Shown here piece after piece: positions 1 through 8,361 of a DNA stretch of 32,000 nt (its first letter is position 1; every line of letters begins with the position of its first letter). Origin of the DNA: Mycobacterium tuberculosis H37Rv (GTDB lineage: Bacteria > Actinomycetota > Actinomycetes > Mycobacteriales > Mycobacteriaceae); assembly GCF_000195955.2 (NCBI RefSeq), contig NC_000962.3, forward strand, positions 1,410,001 to 1,442,000, written 5' to 3'. The notes under the pieces are model-generated. The model was given only the letters and a program-made list of their open reading frames with translations. It searched no databases and was not told the origin of the DNA. Made by a program: the position numbers and the translations under genes.

Positions 1-372
1 CCGGTCCGGGTCGCGGCGCAGCATCATTCCCTTGGCGACCGACAGCTTGTCGCCGTTGCGCGGCGGTAATACGTGCAAGTGAACGTGGAACACCGTCTGA
101 AAAGCGGCACGGCCGTCGTTGATGGCGATGTGTGTCGCGTCAGCCAACTTCGTGGCGCGGGCCGCCCGCGCGATGCGTTGGCCGATGGCGACCATGTCAG
201 CCAACGCCTCCGGCGGGGTGTCGGTGAGGTCAACGGTGTGTCGCTTGGGCAGCACCAGCGTGTGGCCGCGGGTGAACGGGCGGATGTCGAGGATCGCGAG
301 ATAGCCGCCGTCCTCGTAGATCCGGATGGCCGGAGCCTCCCCGGCGATGATCGCACAGAACACGCAGGGCAT
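1..372 (-). CDS. HIT (histidine triad) family nucleotide hydrolase, 3' end cut by the window edge (Rv1262c-like)
   Basis: This frame is absent from the ORF track because it runs off the window. Translating the minus strand from the ATG (complement of 370-372) gives MPCVFCAIIAGEAPAIRIYEDGGYLAILDIRPFTRGHTLVLPKRH...FQTVFHVHLHVLPPRNGDKL. The HxHxHxx histidine-triad motif lies at complement 70-87. Confidence 0.9.
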   Translation of the reverse strand, partial: MPCVFCAIIAGEAPAIRIYEDGGYLAILDIRPFTRGHTLVLPKRHTVDLTDTPPEALADMVAIGQRIARAARATKLADATHIAINDGRAAFQTVFHVHLHVLPPRNGDKLSVAKGMMLRRDPDR

Positions 373-430
373 GTCGCTACGGTACTGGACCTCTCGGAGA
401 CCGCCCAAGTGAACGGGATACGCTGCCGCC

Positions 431-1819
431 GTGGACCCTACTGACCTGGCCTTCGCCGGTGCCGCGGCACAGGCGCGGATGCTGGCTGACGGTGCACTCA
501 CCGCGCCGATGCTGCTCGAGGTCTACCTGCAACGAATTGAGCGTCTGGACAGCCACCTGCGCGCCTACCGGGTGGTGCAGTTCGACCGGGCGCGTGCGGA
601 GGCCGAGGCCGCCCAGCAACGCCTCGACGCCGGTGAGCGGCTGCCGCTCCTGGGCGTGCCGATCGCCATCAAAGATGATGTCGACATCGCCGGGGAGGTG
701 ACGACATACGGCAGCGCCGGGCACGGTCCGGCCGCGACGTCCGACGCAGAGGTGGTTCGCCGGCTGCGCGCGGCAGGCGCTGTCATCATCGGCAAAACCA
801 ACGTGCCTGAGTTGATGATCATGCCCTTCACCGAGTCGCTGGCCTTCGGGGCCACCCGGAATCCGTGGTGCCTCAATCGAACCCCTGGCGGCAGCAGCGG
901 CGGCAGCGCTGCGGCGGTAGCGGCCGGGCTGGCGCCAGTGGCACTGGGATCCGATGGTGGCGGATCGATTCGTATCCCGTGTACCTGGTGCGGTCTGTTT
1001 GGGCTGAAACCACAGCGCGATCGGATTTCCTTGGAGCCGCACGACGGGGCCTGGCAGGGGCTGAGCGTCAATGGCCCGATCGCGCGGTCGGTAATGGACG
1101 CGGCGTTGCTACTGGACGCGACCACAACGGTGCCTGGTCCCGAAGGCGAGTTTGTGGCCGCGGCCGCACGCCAACCCGGCCGGCTGCGAATTGCCTTGAG
1201 CACCAGGGTTCCAACCCCGCTGCCCGTTAGGTGCGGCAAGCAAGAACTGGCAGCCGTCCACCAGGCAGGTGCGTTGCTACGTGATCTGGGCCACGACGTC
1301 GTCGTCCGCGATCCCGACTATCCGGCTTCGACCTATGCCAACTACCTGCCCCGCTTTTTCCGCGGTATCAGCGACGACGCGGACGCGCAGGCGCACCCGG
1401 ACCGCCTCGAAGCACGTACCCGAGCCATAGCGCGTCTAGGGTCGTTCTTCTCCGACCGGCGGATGGCGGCCCTGCGGGCCGCCGAGGTGGTGCTGAGCAG
1501 CCGGATCCAGTCGATCTTCGACGATGTCGACGTAGTTGTGACGCCAGGCGCCGCGACCGGCCCGTCCCGCATCGGCGCCTACCAACGCCGGGGTGCAGTT
1601 TCGACGTTGCTGCTGGTGGTGCAGCGGGTTCCGTACTTTCAAGTCTGGAATCTGACCGGCCAGCCCGCGGCCGTGGTGCCGTGGGACTTCGACGGCGACG
1701 GCCTGCCCATGTCGGTTCAACTCGTCGGCCGGCCGTATGACGAGGCGACGCTGCTGGCACTGGCCGCACAGATCGAATCTGCCAGACCCTGGGCCCATCG
1801 GCGGCCGTCGGTGTCATGA
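431..1819 (+). CDS. amiB2: Amidase-signature family amidase (Rv1263)
   Basis: 462-aa ORF with a GTG start. It carries the amidase signature GGSSGGSAAAVA and the IAIKDD lysine of a Ser-cisSer-Lys triad. Its length and position match my memory of amiB2. Confidence 0.93.
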   Translation: MDPTDLAFAGAAAQARMLADGALTAPMLLEVYLQRIERLDSHLRAYRVVQFDRARAEAEAAQQRLDAGERLPLLGVPIAIKDDVDIAGEVTTYGSAGHGPAATSDAEVVRRLRAAGAVIIGKTNVPELMIMPFTESLAFGATRNPWCLNRTPGGSSGGSAAAVAAGLAPVALGSDGGGSIRIPCTWCGLFGLKPQRDRISLEPHDGAWQGLSVNGPIARSVMDAALLLDATTTVPGPEGEFVAAAARQPGRLRIALSTRVPTPLPVRCGKQELAAVHQAGALLRDLGHDVVVRDPDYPASTYANYLPRFFRGISDDADAQAHPDRLEARTRAIARLGSFFSDRRMAALRAAEVVLSSRIQSIFDDVDVVVTPGAATGPSRIGAYQRRGAVSTLLLVVQRVPYFQVWNLTGQPAAVVPWDFDGDGLPMSVQLVGRPYDEATLLALAAQIESARPWAHRRPSVS

Positions 1820-1893
1820 CATTGCAGTCGCCCGCTCGTTTTTCACGTTTTTGCCCGGCCGCAGGACATGTGCGGCGGCGTTAACGTTGACTG

Positions 1894-3087
1894 GTGACAG
1901 ACCACGTGCGCGAGGCGGACGACGCGAACATCGACGATCTGTTGGGCGACCTGGGCGGTACCGCGCGCGCCGAGCGTGCGAAGCTTGTCGAGTGGTTGCT
2001 CGAGCAGGGCATCACCCCCGACGAGATTCGGGCGACCAACCCGCCGTTGCTGCTGGCCACCCGCCACCTCGTCGGCGACGACGGCACCTACGTATCCGCA
2101 AGGGAGATTAGCGAGAACTATGGCGTTGACCTCGAGCTGCTGCAGCGGGTGCAGCGCGCTGTCGGTCTGGCCAGAGTGGATGATCCTGACGCGGTGGTGC
2201 ACATGCGTGCCGACGGTGAGGCGGCCGCACGCGCACAGCGGTTCGTTGAGCTGGGGCTGAATCCCGACCAAGTCGTGCTGGTCGTGCGTGTGCTCGCCGA
2301 GGGCTTGTCACACGCCGCCGAGGCCATGCGCTACACCGCGCTGGAGGCCATTATGCGGCCGGGGGCTACCGAGTTGGACATCGCGAAGGGGTCGCAGGCG
2401 CTGGTGAGCCAGATCGTGCCGCTGCTGGGGCCGATGATCCAGGACATGCTGTTCATGCAGCTGCGGCACATGATGGAGACGGAGGCCGTCAACGCCGGAG
2501 AGCGTGCGGCCGGCAAGCCGCTACCGGGAGCGCGACAGGTCACCGTTGCCTTCGCCGACCTGGTCGGTTTCACCCAGCTAGGCGAAGTGGTGTCGGCCGA
2601 AGAGCTAGGGCACCTCGCCGGGCGGCTGGCCGGCCTCGCGCGTGACCTGACCGCTCCGCCGGTGTGGTTCATTAAGACGATCGGCGACGCGGTCATGTTG
2701 GTCTGTCCTGATCCGGCGCCATTGCTGGACACCGTGCTGAAGCTGGTCGAGGTCGTCGACACCGACAACAACTTTCCCCGGCTGCGAGCCGGCGTCGCCT
2801 CCGGGATGGCGGTTAGCCGGGCCGGCGACTGGTTCGGCAGCCCGGTCAACGTGGCAAGCCGGGTGACCGGGGTGGCGCGCCCGGGTGCCGTGCTGGTCGC
2901 GGATTCGGTGCGGGAGGCCCTTGGTGATGCCCCCGAAGCCGACGGATTTCAGTGGTCCTTCGCCGGCCCCCGTCGCCTCAGGGGAATCCGGGGTGACGTC
3001 AGGCTTTTTCGAGTCCGGCGAGGGGCCACTCGCACCGGCTCCGGCGGCGCGGCCCAAGACGACGATTTGGCCGGCTCGTCACCGTAG
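1894..3087 (+). CDS. Class III adenylyl cyclase with an N-terminal autoinhibitory pH-sensing domain (Rv1264)
   Basis: 397-aa ORF with a GTG start. The C-terminal half has cyclase motifs: [26 protein letters not shown] and [27 protein letters not shown]. Confidence 0.93.
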
Positions 3088-3106
3088 GCAGGCACACCGG
3101 TACACA

Positions 3107-3224
3107 TGGGCAGACCCGGCGTGACTCTCGGGGGGCGTCTGACACCGCCTTCTGCGGGTCTTGCGCGGCCGGCCTTCACCCCGTCTTCCGGCACTTTCGA
3201 TTGGTCACTAACCGGGCCTGCTTC
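3107..3224 (-). ncRNA. mcr11: Small RNA Mcr11 (MTS0997 / ncRv11264c); ends are approximate
   Basis: I recall a roughly 117-131 nt sRNA mapped on the complementary strand between Rv1264 and Rv1265. In this sequence the minus strand has a TANNNT -10 hexamer, TATTTT (complement of 3232-3237), with a G at 3224 eight nt downstream. The downstream RNA is GC-rich and can form hairpins, for example GACCCGC/GCGGUGUC and GGCG/CGCC. The 3' end cannot be fixed from sequence alone. Confidence 0.6.
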
Positions 3225-3259
3225 GATACCAAAAATACAACGTCGAATGGCTGATCACA

Positions 3260-3940
3260 ATGGTTCTCGCCAGGCCGGACGCTGTTTTCGCGCCGGCCAG
3301 GAACCGGTGTCACGTTTCGCTGCCGGTGAACGCGATGTCATTAAAGATGAAAGTATGTAATCATGTAATTATGAGGCACCATCACATGCACGGGCGGCGC
3401 TACGGTCGCCCCGGCGGCTGGCAGCAAGCTCAGCAACCAGATGCCAGTGGGGCGGCGGAATGGTTCGCTGGCCGCCTGCCCGAGGACTGGTTCGACGGCG
3501 ACCCCACCGTCATCGTCGACCGTGAAGAAATTACGGTGATTGGCAAGCTGCCTGGACTCGAGAGCCCCGAGGAAGAAAGTGCGGCCCGAGCCTCGGGCCG
3601 CGTGTCGCGATTCCGCGACGAAACCCGACCGGAGCGAATGACTATCGCCGATGAAGCCCAGAATCGCTACGGACGCAAGGTGTCCTGGGGCGTCGAGGTC
3701 GGTGGTGAGCGAATCTTGTTCACGCACATCGCAGTACCGGTGATGACGCGGTTAAAGCAGCCGGAACGGCAGGTGCTGGACACCTTGGTCGACGCTGGCG
3801 TGGCTCGTTCCCGCTCGGATGCCCTCGCGTGGTCGGTCAAGCTGGTCGGCGAGCACACCGAGGAGTGGCTGGCCAAGCTGCGCACCGCCATGTCGGCGGT
3901 GGACGATCTGCGCGCGCAAGGCCCGGATCTTCCGGCCTAA
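3260..3940 (+). CDS. abmR: AbmR (Rv1265), ATP-binding transcription factor that regulates mcr11; the C-terminus looks ribbon-helix-helix
   Basis: 226-aa ORF that matches the annotated length. The C-terminal part, PVMTRLKQPERQVLDTLVDAGVARSRSDALAWSVKLV, resembles an RHH DNA-binding motif. The start is uncertain: an AT-rich island at 3336-3376 and in-frame ATGs at 3371 and 3386 allow a shorter protein. Confidence 0.8.
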   Translation: MVLARPDAVFAPARNRCHVSLPVNAMSLKMKVCNHVIMRHHHMHGRRYGRPGGWQQAQQPDASGAAEWFAGRLPEDWFDGDPTVIVDREEITVIGKLPGLESPEEESAARASGRVSRFRDETRPERMTIADEAQNRYGRKVSWGVEVGGERILFTHIAVPVMTRLKQPERQVLDTLVDAGVARSRSDALAWSVKLVGEHTEEWLAKLRTAMSAVDDLRAQGPDLPA

Positions 3941-3959
3941 ACGGCCACCGCCGAATGCG

Positions 3960-5840
3960 TCATTCCTTGTTGACTTTGTCAACGATCTTGGCGGCGATCT
4001 GGCCTGCTTGATTGGTGATCCGGTACCCGCATGCGTTGACGTCGACGACCACATTGTTGGCCACGCTCATCGCGCGTTGGCATTCCCAGCCCTCAGCGCC
4101 TTCTTGGGTGTCTATCACCGTGATCGTCGGCGGGCTGCCTTTGACGTCGGCAAACGTCCACCGGTAGGTCTTGGCCTTATTCGTGACGGTGACCGTCTTG
4201 CCTGCGCAGTTCTTCCATTTGTCGGCCGAAGTCTGCACGAACGCGCGGGCTTTGTCGGCGGTCGGAAAGGCGACGACGGCTTGGTTCACCCAATGTTCGT
4301 AGTTGTCGCCCGGCTCGGATGAAATCAAGCCGTTGATGGCGGTGTAGCCGGTGCCGGCATACACCGGATCCTGGCTGGTATACAGCGCGCCCTGGCAGTC
4401 CGGCAGGGACACCGTCACCGGCGAAGAGTCCATCGATGTGATCGGTTTGCCCGGCTGCATGGACGACGAGCCCATCACGGCGTTGACTTCTGAGGAGTTC
4501 AGCAGTAGGGCGCTAAGGCGCTCCTCCGCAACCGGCTGAGGCGGCTGTACCGGCTTGGGCCGGATGGCGATCCAGATGCCGATGGCGCCCAACACGAGGA
4601 CGAGCACGACGGCGGCGGCGCCGGCCACTAAGGGCCACGGGTTGGTTTTGCGCGGGGTCTGGGCCCAGGGGCTGGGGCCGCCGGACGGCGGTGCGCCCCA
4701 GCCGCCGCCCTGGTAGTACTGCGGGGTGGGAGTGGGTCCGCTGGCCGGCATCGGGCCGCTATTGGGCGCCCAGGACGGCTGGCCGGTGGGGCCAGGCCGC
4801 TGTCCGGCAGGCCCCGGCTGGGCCGGGGGCGTGTAGGACGGCTTTGGTGCCGGCTGGACACCCGGCGGGGTGACGGGGGGTGCGGGTGGCTGCCGAGGAG
4901 CCATGGCGGTGGCCGGCATGGTCGGAGGCGGGACGGGCTTAGGCGGCGCGGGCAGGGTGGATTCTTGGCTGCGGCGCAGGATGTCGGCGGCGTGGTCTTG
5001 GTCGGGGTCGCTGAGCGCTTCGTGGGCGGCCAGGGCCAGGTCGCCGGCGCTGGCGTAGCGGTCTTCGGGCTTTTTGGCCATGCCGCGGGCGACCACCGCG
5101 TCAAAGGCTTTGGGGATGCCCGGGCGGATGGCGCTGGGCTGGGGGATGGGTCCCATCAGGTGGGAGCTGACCAGTGTGCCGGCGCTGTCGGCGCGATACG
5201 GCGGGGCCCCGGTCAAGCATTCGTGCAGCACGCAGGCCAGCGCGTAGATGTCGGCGCGGTAGGTTACCTCGTCGTTGGAGAACCGTTCGGGGGCCATGTA
5301 TTTCCAGGTGCCCACCGCGGTGCCTAACTGGGTCAGTTTCTCGTCGGTGGTCGCACTGGCGATCCCGAAGTCGACCAGATAGGCAAAGTCGTCGCGGGTG
5401 ATCAGAATGTTTTGCGGTTTGACGTCGCGGTGCATCACCCCGTCGGCGTGTGCGGCATCGAGCGCCGAGGCGATCTGGGTGATGATGGCCACCGCGCGCG
5501 GTGGGGTCAGCGGGCCGAAGCGTTTGAGCACGCTGTCAAGGTCGGTGCCCTCCACCAGGCGCATCTCCAAAAACATTTGGCCGTCGACTTCGCCGTAGTC
5601 GTGGATGGGCACCACGTGAGGTTCCTGCAACCGGCCGGCGATGCGGGCTTCGCGTTTCATCCGCTCGCGAAACACCGGGTCCTTGCTGAATTCCGCGGTC
5701 ATCAGCTTGACGGCGACGGTCCACTCCTTGACGGTGTGCTCGGCCTCGTAGACCTCGCCCATCCCGCCCCGGCCCAACAGCCGTTTGAGGTGGTAGGGCC
5801 CAAACATCGAGCCCACCCGCGAGTCCTGTGCGTCGCTCAT
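3960..5840 (-). CDS. pknH: Transmembrane Ser/Thr protein kinase PknH (Rv1266c)
   Basis: Hanks kinase motifs are present: GRGGMGEVYEA, VAVK, HRDVKPQNIL, DFG and APE. These are followed by a Pro-rich linker, one TM helix (PLVAGAAAVVLVLVLGAIGIWIAI) and a Cys-containing extracellular sensor domain. I chose the ATG at 5840 (626 aa) because GGGAGGA lies 6 nt upstream. The ORF-track start at 5885 adds 15 aa with no SD. Confidence 0.93.
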   Translation of the reverse strand: MSDAQDSRVGSMFGPYHLKRLLGRGGMGEVYEAEHTVKEWTVAVKLMTAEFSKDPVFRERMKREARIAGRLQEPHVVPIHDYGEVDGQMFLEMRLVEGTDLDSVLKRFGPLTPPRAVAIITQIASALDAAHADGVMHRDVKPQNILITRDDFAYLVDFGIASATTDEKLTQLGTAVGTWKYMAPERFSNDEVTYRADIYALACVLHECLTGAPPYRADSAGTLVSSHLMGPIPQPSAIRPGIPKAFDAVVARGMAKKPEDRYASAGDLALAAHEALSDPDQDHAADILRRSQESTLPAPPKPVPPPTMPATAMAPRQPPAPPVTPPGVQPAPKPSYTPPAQPGPAGQRPGPTGQPSWAPNSGPMPASGPTPTPQYYQGGGWGAPPSGGPSPWAQTPRKTNPWPLVAGAAAVVLVLVLGAIGIWIAIRPKPVQPPQPVAEERLSALLLNSSEVNAVMGSSSMQPGKPITSMDSSPVTVSLPDCQGALYTSQDPVYAGTGYTAINGLISSEPGDNYEHWVNQAVVAFPTADKARAFVQTSADKWKNCAGKTVTVTNKAKTYRWTFADVKGSPPTITVIDTQEGAEGWECQRAMSVANNVVVDVNACGYRITNQAGQIAAKIVDKVNKE

Positions 5841-6141
5841 CGCTGATCCTCCCAACCAACCCGCTGCCGCCGACACTATCAACAACGGTCAGGTATCACG
5901 TCGGCTGCGATCGCCGGGCCCAGCAACCTTGCCAGGCAACAATGACGCTAGGCCTTCGCCGGCTCGACCGCACGAAAATCTGCCACATCTTCGCGGGATG
6001 TCGGCGACTGCGGTGGCTGTGCCATTCGCTGGTACGCGCCGCTGTTCGGCTACCGAAAAGTGTTGTGGTAATTGGTTACCGCAGCCCAGCGCCGGCGGCC
6101 AGCGCGCGACGTTGCCACGAAAAGCTTTGTGTAGCAGTCAT

Positions 6142-6180
6142 ATCCGTGGACATCGGTGTTAAGGGCTTGTGTCCACGGAT
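6142..6180 (-). terminator. Stem-loop immediately after the embR stop codon (11-bp perfect stem, 17-nt loop)
   Basis: ATCCGTGGACA (6142-6152) and TGTCCACGGAT (6170-6180) are exact reverse complements. The structure abuts the embR stop at 6181-6183. There is no U-tract, which is common for mycobacterial terminators. Confidence 0.45.
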
Positions 6181-7347
6181 CTACGTGCCGCCATGCGTCC
6201 CCGCGCTGATCTGGAACGTGAATTCATGGTCACAGATGCGAATGTGGTCGCCGTCGTTCAGCGTGACCGCGGAGCGGATTCGCTCGTGCTGCACATGCAC
6301 GCCGTTGGACGATCGGAGGTCGTTGATGACGTAGTTGGTGCCCGTGTCGACGATGACGGCGTGGTGGCGGCTGACGTTGGCGCTGTCTAGGACGATGTCG
6401 TTGTCATGCAGACGCCCGATCCGGGTCGCCGCGGCTTGCAGTGGGTAGCCGCGACCCGAGGCGATGTCGTGCAGGTAGGCCACCGCCTGCTGGCCCGACG
6501 CCATGGTGCGCTGATCGAGCACCGTGACGGTGCCGGCAGCGGTGGTTTTGGCGGACTTCTTGGCATCCAGCGGTTGCTGACGCAGAATCCGCTCGTTGAG
6601 AGCGCGCAACGTCGGACCGGGGTCGATGCCGAGGTCGTCGGCCAGTGTTGTCTTCACCCGGCGATAGGCGCCCAGCGCATCGGATTGCCGGTCGGAGAGG
6701 TAGTAGGCGGTGATCAGCTGTGTCCACAGCGGCTCCCGGTAGGGGTGTTCGAATGTCAGAGCCTCGAGCTCGGCGATCACTGCGCTGGCCCGCCCACACG
6801 CGATTTCGGCCTCCGCCTTGGCGGTATGGGCAAGAACCTTGTCTTCTACCAGCGCCGTGGCAAAGGGTTCGACGAACTGGAAGTCGCGCAGGTCATCGAG
6901 CACCGGCCCACGCCATTCTCTCAATGCGGCCGACAGGTGGCGGCTGGCTTGTTCGAACCGGCCGGCGGCGGCCGCGTGCACGCCCGCGGTTTTTTCGGCA
7001 ACAAACCGCCCCAGATCGCAAGTGTTGTCGGGGATGCTGAGCCGATAACCCGGCGGCGCTGCGGCCAACACCACCCGTGGGTCGATCCCGGCGCCACCGA
7101 GGAGCTTACGCAGATTAGACACGTAGGAGTGGATACTCGCGCGTGCGCCCGAGGGTGGCCACTCCTCCCAGAGGGCGGTGATTAGGGCGTCGACTCCTAC
7201 GGGCCTGTTGCGGTTGATGACCAACATGGCTAGCACAGCCCGTTGCTTGGGGGTGCCCGATGGCACCGGGGTGCCGTCGATAGTCATCTGCAATGGTCCA
7301 AGCAGGCCGAAGTCGAGCCGCTTCTCCACTGTCGCGCTACCAGCCAT
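6181..7347 (-). CDS. embR: EmbR: SARP/OmpR-type winged-helix plus BTAD plus C-terminal FHA-domain regulator (Rv1267c)
   Basis: 388-aa ORF with GGAGGA upstream of the ATG. The N-terminus has LLGPLQ...PKQRAVLAMLV, typical of SARP regulators. The C-terminus has the FHA motifs RIGRLHDNDIVLDSANVSRHHAVI...NDLRSSNGVHV. Confidence 0.93.
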   Translation of the reverse strand: MAGSATVEKRLDFGLLGPLQMTIDGTPVPSGTPKQRAVLAMLVINRNRPVGVDALITALWEEWPPSGARASIHSYVSNLRKLLGGAGIDPRVVLAAAPPGYRLSIPDNTCDLGRFVAEKTAGVHAAAAGRFEQASRHLSAALREWRGPVLDDLRDFQFVEPFATALVEDKVLAHTAKAEAEIACGRASAVIAELEALTFEHPYREPLWTQLITAYYLSDRQSDALGAYRRVKTTLADDLGIDPGPTLRALNERILRQQPLDAKKSAKTTAAGTVTVLDQRTMASGQQAVAYLHDIASGRGYPLQAAATRIGRLHDNDIVLDSANVSRHHAVIVDTGTNYVINDLRSSNGVHVQHERIRSAVTLNDGDHIRICDHEFTFQISAGTHGGT

Positions 7348-7588
7348 TGCGGGTCCTCCGTGGCTTGCGGTGCCAAGGTGCCAATAGGGTGTCGCTACCG
7401 GTCATTGTGATACCACGTTTCGCCGATGCGGTAAGAACCCAGGATCTCGGCACGCCGTGCGATGTACCGGGTCGGTGGCCCTTGACAGCGGCATCGGCTG
7501 TTTCCATGCGGGTGAAATGCTGGCCCTGTAAAGATGATCGTGAATGTCCCACGGGAATCCTGTTGGTGCTCATCCAAACATGCGATCG

Positions 7589-7631
7589 GCGGGCAGCCGA
7601 CCCGGTGTTCTTGCAACGAGTGGCTGCCCGC
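7589..7631 (-). terminator. Stem-loop 27 nt downstream of the Rv1268c stop (10-bp GC-rich stem, 23-nt loop)
   Basis: GCGGGCAGCC (7589-7598) and GGCTGCCCGC (7622-7631) are exact reverse complements. The large loop makes the terminator call tentative. Confidence 0.35.
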
Positions 7632-7657
7632 TGTGGTGATCGACATTCGAGCGCGGT

Positions 7658-8356
7658 TCAGGTGGTGACGGCCATGAAGTCGTGGCTGGTGGCCCACGCC
7701 TCGACGAAGGTTTCCATCGGGATCTGCTCGTCGCGGCCCGTGGGGGTACCGCTGTCGTTGAGGTGAACAATGCCGTTTTCGGTATCGACACCGGTCACCA
7801 CCACGGCGTGGTCAGACCGCGGGTTGCCGGCACTGTCGGTTTCCTCGACGGGCTGGCCCCAGATCATCTCGGCGTTGATGCTGACGATCACGGCGTGCCC
7901 GCTGCCCAGATACTGCTCGAGGGCGGCCATGCCGGTGGCGACTCCGGTGGCTGTGGCGTGGTCCTCGTCGGTGATAACGGCGTCGACGCCGTAATGCGCC
8001 AGCAGCGTCGGTATGTCGGCCACGCTGGTACCCATTCCCGAGTTCGGGTGCTCGGCGTCGGCCGGCTTTGTGTAGATGGACCCGGGGTGCACGACGCTGG
8101 GTGTCGACTGGGCCACTTTGATGATGGCGCGCTCGGAAGGCTCCCTGCCGGTCACTTGACCGATCACGTCCGCGGCCGACATCAGGACGCAGTCGTCGTA
8201 TGTCTGCTGGCGCCAGTACTTGGCGGCGGCTGCCGGGTCGCCATACATGGTGCCCGCCGCTGCGTCGGCGGGGCTGGCCAATCCCAGTGCAACGGCACCG
8301 GCGGCCAGCGCGAAGGTGGCGGTCTTGAAGGCGGTGGCGATTTTGCTGGTCGTCAT
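7658..8356 (-). CDS. Secreted protein Rv1268c; probable papain-fold (C39-like) cysteine peptidase
   Basis: 232-aa ORF with AAGGA 7 nt upstream. The Sec signal is MTTSKIATAFKTATFALAAGAVALGLASPADA. The mature part carries Q-x5-C (QQTYDDCVLMS, Cys codon at complement 8189-8191), then SDHAVVVTGVD and VHLNDSG. That order is the Gln/Cys/His/Asp order of papain-like peptidases. Confidence 0.85.
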   Translation of the reverse strand: MTTSKIATAFKTATFALAAGAVALGLASPADAAAGTMYGDPAAAAKYWRQQTYDDCVLMSAADVIGQVTGREPSERAIIKVAQSTPSVVHPGSIYTKPADAEHPNSGMGTSVADIPTLLAHYGVDAVITDEDHATATGVATGMAALEQYLGSGHAVIVSINAEMIWGQPVEETDSAGNPRSDHAVVVTGVDTENGIVHLNDSGTPTGRDEQIPMETFVEAWATSHDFMAVTT

Positions 8357-8361
8357 CGTCG

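Noticed and set aside
565-1239. 224-aa minus-strand ORF antisense to amiB2 (and the similar 377-1042 ORF)
   Set aside because: It lies entirely inside a gene with clear amidase motifs. The product is Pro/Arg/Ser/Ala-rich low-complexity sequence, typical of spurious antisense frames in high-GC DNA. There is no SD.
2759-2767. Second TTGTCGGTG match (minus strand) inside Rv1264
   Set aside because: No TAnnnT hexamer lies 8 nt downstream (the sequence there is CTCGAC). It is intragenic and antisense, so it is a chance match.
3249-3260. CRP-like half-site TGTGA upstream of the mcr11 -10 element
   Set aside because: Only one half-site is present. The expected TCACA partner after 6 nt is absent.
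3106-3360. 84-aa plus-strand ORF across the Rv1264-Rv1265 spacer
   Set aside because: It covers the Mcr11 locus on the opposite strand. It has no SD and no motifs, and it is out of frame with abmR.
5828-6334. 168-aa and 77-aa plus-strand ORFs in the pknH-embR spacer
   Set aside because: They run antisense into embR. They have no SD and their sequence is not protein-like.
7368-7383. Sigma-54-like TGGCAC element in the embR upstream repeat
   Set aside because: The GG/GC spacing does not fit the -24/-12 consensus. M. tuberculosis has no sigma-54 as far as I know.
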